Source: an uncultured Candidatus Binatia bacterium
GTDB taxonomy: Bacteria > Desulfobacterota > Binatia > UBA9968 > JAJDTQ01
DNA length: 64,000 nt
Reading direction: 5' to 3'
Assembly (NCBI GenBank): GCA_965242525.1
Contig: OZ251459.1
Span: 224,001-288,000 of the forward strand
In this document: piece by piece, positions 57,186 to 64,000 of the stretch
Position numbering within the stretch: position 1 is the first letter of the stretch
Layout of the letters: every line of letters begins with the position of its first letter
Made by a program: the position numbers and the translations under genes
Notes under the pieces: generated by a model
Told to the model about the DNA's origin: nothing
Databases searched by the model: none
What the model saw: the letters and a program-made list of their open reading frames with translations, nothing else

Positions 57186-58091
57186 ATGAAACGGGTATTT
57201 CTGTTCCTGGTTACGAACATTGCCATCGTCGTGGTGCTGAGCGCCGTCCTGAGCCTGCTCGGCGTGGACCGGATGCTCTACCAGAACGGCATCAACTTCG
57301 GCGCGCTGCTGGTGTTCGCGTTCGTCTTCGGCATGGGCGGCTCGTTCCTGTCGCTGGCCATCTCCAAGTGGATGGCCAAGAGGTCGGTGGGGGCCCAGGT
57401 CATCGACCAGCCCCGGAACGACACCGAGAACTGGCTGGTGAACACGGTGCAGACGCACGCGCGGGCTGCGGGCATCGCCATGCCGGAGGTGGCCGTCTTC
57501 GATTCCCCCGAGCCCAACGCGTTCGCCACCGGACCCAGCCGGAACAACTCGCTGGTGGCGGTGAGCACCGGGCTGATGCGATCCATGAAGCCGGACCAGG
57601 TGTCCGCGGTGCTGGGCCACGAGGTCAGCCACGTGGCCAACGGCGACATGGTGACGCTGACGCTGATCCAGGGCGTCCTCAACACCTTCGTGATCTTCCT
57701 TTCCCACATCGTCGGCCATGTCGTGGACCGGGTGGTCCTTCGGAACGAGGACGGGGAGGGCCACGGCATCGGCTACTTCGTCACGGTCATCGTGACCGAG
57801 ATCCTCCTGGGGATCCTGGCGAGCATCGTGGTCTGCTGGTTCTCGCGGCGGCGGGAGTTCCGGGCCGACGCCGGCGGCGCGCAACTGGCCGGGGTCGGCA
57901 GCATGGTCGGCGCGTTGCAGGCCCTCCAGCGGAGCGCGGAGCCCGCCCACATGCCGGAACAGGTGGCGGCCTTCGGCATCTCCGGCGCCCGCCCGGGCGG
58001 TCTGCGGAGGCTGCTCGCCAGCCACCCGCCGCTGGAGGACCGCATTGCCGCCCTCCGGGAGGGGGGCCGCATCGCGGGCCAAGGGTCATAG
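57186..58091 (+). CDS. htpX: Zinc metalloprotease HtpX
   Basis: 'MKRVFLFLVTNIAI', 'SKWMAK', 'PNAFATG', HExxH 'HEVSHVANGDMVT', 'FSRRREFRAD' and 'SHPPLEDRI'. Confidence 0.96.
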   Translation: MKRVFLFLVTNIAIVVVLSAVLSLLGVDRMLYQNGINFGALLVFAFVFGMGGSFLSLAISKWMAKRSVGAQVIDQPRNDTENWLVNTVQTHARAAGIAMPEVAVFDSPEPNAFATGPSRNNSLVAVSTGLMRSMKPDQVSAVLGHEVSHVANGDMVTLTLIQGVLNTFVIFLSHIVGHVVDRVVLRNEDGEGHGIGYFVTVIVTEILLGILASIVVCWFSRRREFRADAGGAQLAGVGSMVGALQALQRSAEPAHMPEQVAAFGISGARPGGLRRLLASHPPLEDRIAALREGGRIAGQGS

Positions 58092-58095
58092 GGTC

Positions 58096-59367
58096 TTGAC
58101 CGCGTCGGCCGCCGCCGGGACGGCTCGGCTCAACCGCACCTACCCGTGGGTGGTGCTGGGCATCTCGTTCACCACCGTGGCGGCCGCCTTCGGGTGCCGC
58201 GGGGCGTTCGCCCTCTTCTTCGTGGCGGTGGTCGAAGAGTTCCAGTGGAGCCGCGGTCTCACCGCAGGCGCCCTGACCCTGGGGGCGGTTGCGTGGACCG
58301 TGTCGGCGCCGGTCTGGGGGCGCATGCTGGACCGCTTCGGTCCCAGGCTGGTGTTCCCCGCGGGCGCGGGCCTCATGGCCGCGGGTTTCGTGGTCAGCGG
58401 CATGACCGAGACCGTGTGGCAGTACTACCTGGGCATGGGGCTCCTGGTGGGCCTCGGCTTCGCCGCGTTGCCCATGACATCCCAGGCCACGGTCATCAGC
58501 AACTGGTTCGTCCGCAAACGCGGCATGGCCATGGGCGTCGCGGCTTCGGGGGTCGGCGCCGGCATCTTCCTCGTGGTGCCGGCCGCGGAGCGGCTGATCG
58601 TGGGGTTGGGGTGGCGCAACGCCTACCTGGTGCTGGCCGGGGTGATGCTGGCCGCGGTGGTGCCCCTCAACCTGTTCTTCCAGCGCCGCCGGCCCCAGGA
58701 CATGGGGCTGCGCCCGGACCTGGGCGCCACCGCGGTCGCCGGGCCGAAGGGCGCGGGCGCGGCCCGGACCGGCGGCTGGACCCTCGGCAGGGCGCTTCGC
58801 AGCTCCCGCTTCTGGATACTGGCCCTGGGATTCCTGCTGGGAGCGGTGCCCGTGCACATGGTGCTCGTGCACCAAGTGGCCGCCATGGTGGACGCGGGGT
58901 TCTCCCGGGAACTGGGGGCCGCGGTGTTGAGCCTCACGGGGCTCTTCACCGCCTTCAGCATGGTCGGCATGGGGATGCTCTCGGACCGCACCGGCCGGGA
59001 GTGGGCCTACACCATCGGCAGCGTGGCCCTGACGGGCGGCATCCTGCTCATCCTCTTCCTCGACAACGTTTCGGAGGTCTTCCTGGTGGGCCTGTACCCG
59101 CCGCTGTTCGCCGTGGGTTTCTCGTCGCGCCAGTCCCTCTACCCGACCATCGCCGCGGACATCTTCCACGGCCCCCATTTCGGTTCGATCATCGGCGCCG
59201 CGGCCATCTTCATCGGCGCGGGCTCGGGGGTGGGTCCCTGGCTGGCGGGCTACCTCCACGACCTTTCGGGCAATTACGCCAGCGCGTGCTGGACCGCCAT
59301 CGCCCTGGGCCTGCTGTCGTTGGCCTGCATCTGGGCCGCGGCGCCGAGGAAGGGAGTGGATCCCTGA
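58096..59367 (+). CDS. MFS transporter
   Basis: Motif A 'GRMLDRFGPR' and 'GMLSDRTGRE', with about 12 TM segments. Confidence 0.92.
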   Translation: MTASAAAGTARLNRTYPWVVLGISFTTVAAAFGCRGAFALFFVAVVEEFQWSRGLTAGALTLGAVAWTVSAPVWGRMLDRFGPRLVFPAGAGLMAAGFVVSGMTETVWQYYLGMGLLVGLGFAALPMTSQATVISNWFVRKRGMAMGVAASGVGAGIFLVVPAAERLIVGLGWRNAYLVLAGVMLAAVVPLNLFFQRRRPQDMGLRPDLGATAVAGPKGAGAARTGGWTLGRALRSSRFWILALGFLLGAVPVHMVLVHQVAAMVDAGFSRELGAAVLSLTGLFTAFSMVGMGMLSDRTGREWAYTIGSVALTGGILLILFLDNVSEVFLVGLYPPLFAVGFSSRQSLYPTIAADIFHGPHFGSIIGAAAIFIGAGSGVGPWLAGYLHDLSGNYASACWTAIALGLLSLACIWAAAPRKGVDP

Positions 59368-59381
59368 AGCGGGGCGACGCC

Positions 59382-60407
59382 ATGCCGAGCACATGGGTCA
59401 TCGACGCGCACCACCACTGGATGCCCGAGGAACACTACCGGAACCCCGGTCCGCTCGTCAGGGCGGGCGAGACCGTGGTCCGGAAGAAGGACCGGTTCGC
59501 CATACGCAAGGGAGGGGTGCAGCTCTTCGGTCCGCCCGCCATGACCGCGGACATGGCGGCACAGGTGGCGGAAATGGACCGGGTGGGGGTGCACCAGGCG
59601 GTGCTCCACGTGGGTTGCTGGCTGGACTGGATCGACGTTCCCGCGGCGCGCTTCCTGAACGACCGGATGGCCGAATTGGTCGAACGGTTCCCCGGACGCA
59701 TCATCCCCCTGGCCCACGTGCCGGCGCTGGAGGCGGGAGGCCGGCAGGAGCTGAAGCGCGCCGTAACGAAACTCGGTTTCCGGGGCGTGGGGATCAACAC
59801 CCACGTGCGCGGCGCGCTGCTGGACGACAGGCGCTACCGCCCCTTCTACCGGCTGGTCTCCGACCTGGACATACCGATCTTCGTGCATCCCTCCTCGGAG
59901 TTGCCGCTGGCCCGCCCTCACGGCATGGAGGCCTTCAACCTCACCCGGAATCTGGGCCGCGCCATGGACAACACCGTCAACATCGTGCGGCTCATGCTGA
60001 GCGGCACACTGGAGCGGTTCCCGAAGCTGCGCTTCGTCTTCACCCATCTGGGAGGGGCTTGGTTCGCGCTCCGCAACCGGCTCAACCCGTCGTTCTGGGA
60101 CAAGCGGGAGCAGGGGTACTTCGACCGGTTCCGGGACCGCATCTTCATCGACACGGCGCCGCCCTTCTGGCGTCCCGCGGAGATCCGCTTCGCCATGGAC
60201 ATGGTGGGCGAGGACCAGGTGCTCATGGGCAGCGACTTCCCCACCATCGACGGGCTCGGGGACGCGGTCTCCCTCGTTAGGTCGGTCAAGGCCGGCGCCG
60301 CAGCCAGGCGAAAGCTGCTGGGCGGCAACGCCGCCCGGTTGTTCCCGGAGAACCGCGTCCGGGAGCCGTCCCCGGCCATGGGGCGGCGCCCCGGGGGACC
60401 GCGGTGA
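59382..60407 (+). CDS. Amidohydrolase family 2 protein (ACMSD-like)
   Basis: 'IDAHHH', 'PIFVHP', 'THLGG' and 'MGSDFP'. Confidence 0.9.
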   Translation: MPSTWVIDAHHHWMPEEHYRNPGPLVRAGETVVRKKDRFAIRKGGVQLFGPPAMTADMAAQVAEMDRVGVHQAVLHVGCWLDWIDVPAARFLNDRMAELVERFPGRIIPLAHVPALEAGGRQELKRAVTKLGFRGVGINTHVRGALLDDRRYRPFYRLVSDLDIPIFVHPSSELPLARPHGMEAFNLTRNLGRAMDNTVNIVRLMLSGTLERFPKLRFVFTHLGGAWFALRNRLNPSFWDKREQGYFDRFRDRIFIDTAPPFWRPAEIRFAMDMVGEDQVLMGSDFPTIDGLGDAVSLVRSVKAGAAARRKLLGGNAARLFPENRVREPSPAMGRRPGGPR

Positions 60408-61168
60408 AGGTCCTCATGTGCCCGCCGCTCCACCATGCGCCCGCGCCCGGGGAAGACGCGGCCGCGGTCATGGCCGAGTGGCGCGGGCTCTACCGCTTGC
60501 TGCGGGACGAGCTGGACGTGCAGGTGGACCTCCTGGAGCCCCGGCCCGGCCTGCCGAAGCTCGTGCTGACCGCGAGCGGCGGCTTCGTATGGGGCGACTC
60601 GTTCATCGCGAGCCGCCCCGGAGACCCTTCGAGACGCCCCGAGAGCGAGGCCGCGGCCAATTTCTTCCTGGTGCGGGGCTACCGCGTGCCGGCCCTGCCG
60701 GAAGGCTGCCGTTTCGACGGTCAACGGGACTTGGCGGTGGTGGGCGGGACGGTGTTCGCCGGGAATCGCTCGGACGAAGACCTGGACGCCCACCGGGCCC
60801 TGTCCGGCATCCTCGGACGCGAGGTCCGCTCGCTCCGCCTGTCCGACCACTGGGAGCATCCACTCGACGCCTGCTTGTGCCCGCTGGGCCAAGACGGCGC
60901 CCTGTTCCATCCGGACGCCCTGGAGCCGGCTGCGCGCAGGCTGCTGGAGGAACGCGTGCCGCGGCTCCGTGCGGTGGACCCGGCCGACGTGCGCCGCCTC
61001 GGATGCAACGCCTTGGCGGTGGGCCGGCGCGTGGTCCTGCCCGAGGGTTGCGGGGCTACCGTCCGCGAGCTGGAGAGGGAGGGCTTCCGGGTCCACGCCC
61101 TGCCGCTGGCCGCCTATGCCCGACAGGGCGCCGGACCCGGCGCCCTGGTCCTGAAGATCGGCGACTAG
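60404..61168 (+). CDS. Amidinotransferase/DDAH (pentein)-fold protein with degenerate active site
   Basis: 'VLMCPP', 'LEPRPGLP', 'RRPES', 'LDACLCPL' and 'GCNALAVG'. The catalytic Cys motif is absent. Confidence 0.75.
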   Translation: MKVLMCPPLHHAPAPGEDAAAVMAEWRGLYRLLRDELDVQVDLLEPRPGLPKLVLTASGGFVWGDSFIASRPGDPSRRPESEAAANFFLVRGYRVPALPEGCRFDGQRDLAVVGGTVFAGNRSDEDLDAHRALSGILGREVRSLRLSDHWEHPLDACLCPLGQDGALFHPDALEPAARRLLEERVPRLRAVDPADVRRLGCNALAVGRRVVLPEGCGATVRELEREGFRVHALPLAAYARQGAGPGALVLKIGD

Positions 61169-63477
61169 GCCGGCTGGCGGCGGTCGCGCAGGGCGCGCCA
61201 CATGCGCTCGGGGGTGATGGGAAGCTCGCGCACCCGGACGCCCACGGCGTCTTCGATGGCGTTGCCGATGGCGGGAGCCACGGGCATGAGGCCACCCTCG
61301 CCCAACCCCTTGGAGCCGTAGGGACCCGGGCCGTTGCCGTCCTCCACCATGATGGTCCGGAAGGTTTCCGGCATGCTCTCGAAAGACGGCAGGCGGTAGT
61401 CGATGAGGTTCGGGTTCAGCAGGTGGCCGTTCTCGTACTGCATCTCCTCCATGAGCGAGTGGCCGATGGCGAACATCACCGCGCCTTCGTCCTGGCCTTC
61501 GCACAGCAGCGGGTGCACGGCCTTGCCCACGTCCGCGGTGGACACGTACTTCAGGAGCTTGACCACTCCCGTATCCGGATCCACCTCCACCTCCGCGCCG
61601 CCCCAACTGGTCTCCCAGAAGGTCGTGGGGGAACCCAGGACCGCCTTCCGGCTGTGGACGTCCTGGTAGGTCCCCTTGGCCAGGAACTCGCCGCCCTTTG
61701 CGCCGAAGGTCCGGTTGAGCACCTGCTCGTAGCTCAGGCGCCTGCCCTTGTCCGCCCGCACGTGGCCGTCCTCGAACTTGACCTTGTCGGGCTTGCACCG
61801 GAACAGCCTGGCCGCGGCCTCGCGCAGTTGCCGTTTCAGGTCGGCCGCGGCGCGCTCCACGCACAGGCCCATGATGACCATGGAGCTGCTGGCGTTGGTG
61901 GCCGCGTCGTAGGGCGTGGAGTCGGTGTCGAGCTGGGCCACGGTGACCGCGTCCCAGGGCAGGGCCAACTCCTCGGCCACCACCTGGGCCAGGGCAGTGC
62001 GGCAACCCTGTCCCATCTCCACCGTGCCGGTGAACAGCACCGCGCTGCCGTCGGAGCTCATCTTGATGGCCGCGGACGCCACCTTGTAGGTGCCGCCGCC
62101 GTCCTTCATGCAGCAGCTCAGCCCCATGCCCCGGTTCCGCCCGCGGCTCTTCCCGCCCCATCCCAGGGCCTTGGCGGTGCGCCGCAGCCCGGCCTCCAGG
62201 TCGCAGTCCACCGGGGTGTCGCCCTTGGTGAAGACGTCGCCTTTCTTCAGCAGGTTGCGGACGCGGAACTCCACCGGGTCCATGCCGAGCTTGCGGGCGA
62301 TCATGTCCATCTGCGACTCGTACGCCCACGTGACCTGTAGCGTGCCGAAGCCGCGGAACGCTCCCGCGGGCACGGCGTTGGTATAGACCGTGTAGGCGTC
62401 CACCTTGACGTGGGGGATGCGGTAGGGGCCCGGCGCCCGGTAGCCGGCTTTCTGGGACACCCGCGGTCCGTAGTCGGCGTACGCGCCCGTGCCCATGAAG
62501 ACCTCGCATTCCCGGGCCACCAGCTTGCCGTCCCGGGTGACCCCGGTCTTGATGCGGAACCGGGCGGGGTGCCGGGTAATGGTCCGGAACGTCTCCTCCG
62601 ACGTGTGGGTGAGCTTCACCGGCTTGCCGGTCTTCCAGGCCAGGGCCGCGGCCAGGGGTTCGTTCTTTACCGAGAGCTTGCCGCCGTAGGCCCCGCCCAC
62701 GTGGGGCACGATGACCCGGACCCGGTTGATGGGGAGTGAGAAGAACTCCGCCATGTGGCGTTGCAGCGTGAACGGGTCCTGCGTGGAGGCCCAGAGCGTC
62801 AGGCAGCCGTCCTCCACATGGGCGATGGTGATGTGGGGCTCCAGCGGGTAGTGCTGGACCTGGGGGAAGGTGAAGGTGTCCTCAAAGACTTGGTGGGCCT
62901 TCTCGAAGCCCTTGTCCACGTTGCCCCGGGAGTAGCGGTAGGCGTAGCAGACGTTGGTGCCGCGGAACTCCTCGGGCACGCGGTAGGCGTGGCCGTGGAG
63001 TTCGTCCGCGTCCGCCACGTGCTCGTGGACCAGGGGCGCGTCCGGGGCCATGGCCTCGGCGATGTCCGTGACCGCGGGAAGCTCCCGGTACTCGGTCTCG
63101 ATGAGTTCCAGCGCTGCCGCGGCGGTGGCCTCGTCGTCCGCGGCCACCGCGGCCACCGGGTCGCCGGCGTAGCGGACCTTGTCCAGGGCCACCACGGTCT
63201 GGTCCTTGTAGGCGGAGCCGAAGTAGGGGTTCATGCCGTCGAGGGTCTCGCGGGTGAGCACCGCGGCCACCCCCGGCAGCGCCGCGACCTCGGCGGCGTC
63301 GATGCGCACCAGGCGCGCGTGGGGGAACGGACTGCGCAGCACCTTGGCGTGGAGCATGCCCGGGATCTCCAGGTCCATGGCGTACACGGCCTTGCCGGTG
63401 GCCTTGCCGACGCCGTCCACGCGCCGAGGGGACTTGCCGATGACCTGGTGTCCGATGACTTGGCGTCTCTTGCTCAC
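61165..63477 (-). CDS. Xanthine dehydrogenase-family molybdopterin-binding large subunit
   Basis: KATGKAVYA, LRSPFPHARL, LEPH, VGGAYGGK, GAFRGFG, EMGQG and GSKGLGE. Confidence 0.93.
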   Translation of the reverse strand: MSKRRQVIGHQVIGKSPRRVDGVGKATGKAVYAMDLEIPGMLHAKVLRSPFPHARLVRIDAAEVAALPGVAAVLTRETLDGMNPYFGSAYKDQTVVALDKVRYAGDPVAAVAADDEATAAAALELIETEYRELPAVTDIAEAMAPDAPLVHEHVADADELHGHAYRVPEEFRGTNVCYAYRYSRGNVDKGFEKAHQVFEDTFTFPQVQHYPLEPHITIAHVEDGCLTLWASTQDPFTLQRHMAEFFSLPINRVRVIVPHVGGAYGGKLSVKNEPLAAALAWKTGKPVKLTHTSEETFRTITRHPARFRIKTGVTRDGKLVARECEVFMGTGAYADYGPRVSQKAGYRAPGPYRIPHVKVDAYTVYTNAVPAGAFRGFGTLQVTWAYESQMDMIARKLGMDPVEFRVRNLLKKGDVFTKGDTPVDCDLEAGLRRTAKALGWGGKSRGRNRGMGLSCCMKDGGGTYKVASAAIKMSSDGSAVLFTGTVEMGQGCRTALAQVVAEELALPWDAVTVAQLDTDSTPYDAATNASSSMVIMGLCVERAAADLKRQLREAAARLFRCKPDKVKFEDGHVRADKGRRLSYEQVLNRTFGAKGGEFLAKGTYQDVHSRKAVLGSPTTFWETSWGGAEVEVDPDTGVVKLLKYVSTADVGKAVHPLLCEGQDEGAVMFAIGHSLMEEMQYENGHLLNPNLIDYRLPSFESMPETFRTIMVEDGNGPGPYGSKGLGEGGLMPVAPAIGNAIEDAVGVRVRELPITPERMWRALRDRRQPA

Positions 63478-63553
63478 GTGGTTGCCTCCGTGCCGCGGAC
63501 GGCCGCCGGAGCCGCAGGCCGGTCCCCCGGGACCCGACGGGCGCGGGGTCCGC

Positions 63554-64000
63554 TCACGGGTGCCCGTCCAGCGGGTAGCTCTCCCGCACCCATGCCTCGG
63601 CCTGTTCCCGTGTCCGGAGGACCCCGTCGAGCTGGGCCTCTTCCACCGCCCCCAGCATGGCCGAGAACGACGGCCCCGGCGCGTAACCGAGCCGGATGAG
63701 GTCGCGCCCGCGCAGCAGCGGCTCCGGACTCACGTGTTCCCGGCCCAGCTCGGCCAGCTTCTGGCGGCAGAAGTCGTAGTAGCGCAGATCTCCGCTGGAT
63801 GAAAGCGCGTCGATGCGGCAGAGCTCCAGCAGCTCCTCGATGCCCTCTTCCCCGAGGAAGCGCTTCAGGGTGCTGAGGCGCATCTTCGGGGCCTGGGTGT
63901 AGTGCAGGTGGCAGCGCACCAGGTAGGCGACCCGGTCCGCCACCGCGCGGCTGCGCTTGAGACGGCGAAGGACCTTCACGGCCATGGCCGCCCCCTGCTC
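63554..64000 (-). CDS. C-terminal part of CCA tRNA nucleotidyltransferase/poly(A) polymerase-family (HD-associated) protein; truncated by window end
   Basis: 'MRLSTLKRFL', 'LLELCRID' and 'PLLRGRDLIRLGYAPGPSFSAML..VEEAQLDG'. Confidence 0.82.
   Translation of the reverse strand, partial: EQGAAMAVKVLRRLKRSRAVADRVAYLVRCHLHYTQAPKMRLSTLKRFLGEEGIEELLELCRIDALSSSGDLRYYDFCRQKLAELGREHVSPEPLLRGRDLIRLGYAPGPSFSAMLGAVEEAQLDGVLRTREQAEAWVRESYPLDGHP

Overview
GC-rich bacterial window. The gene content (many Mo-hydroxylase subunits, amidohydrolases, ABC/TRAP transporters, a sulfotransferase, a Calx-beta adhesin) suggests a Binatia/deltaproteobacterium-like, possibly sponge-associated organism, but this is inference only. 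Bases 1-16939 are the 3' part of a giant (>5645 aa) repetitive autotransporter adhesin. It has a hierarchical repeat architecture, a Cys-bracketed RGD loop and an apparently extended (~18-strand) C-terminal barrel. The rest is mostly catabolic and transport genes: an HpaB-like monooxygenase coupled to a SULT-type sulfotransferase, three xanthine-dehydrogenase-family Mo subunits (one reading through into an SDR), a UbiD-coxMSL-SDR-TRAP cluster, two ABC systems (one with a frameshifted ATPase), a hydantoinase-B/acetone-carboxylase-gamma fusion, a CoA-transferase, an LLM monooxygenase, an orphan DNA adenine methylase with a probable restriction-gene remnant, htpX and a CCA-adding enzyme fragment. 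Two small dispersed repeat families are present: a ~110-bp MITE-like element (one copy with a clean CTAT target duplication) and dRS3-like palindromes. No rRNA, tRNA, CRISPR array or transposase was recognised.
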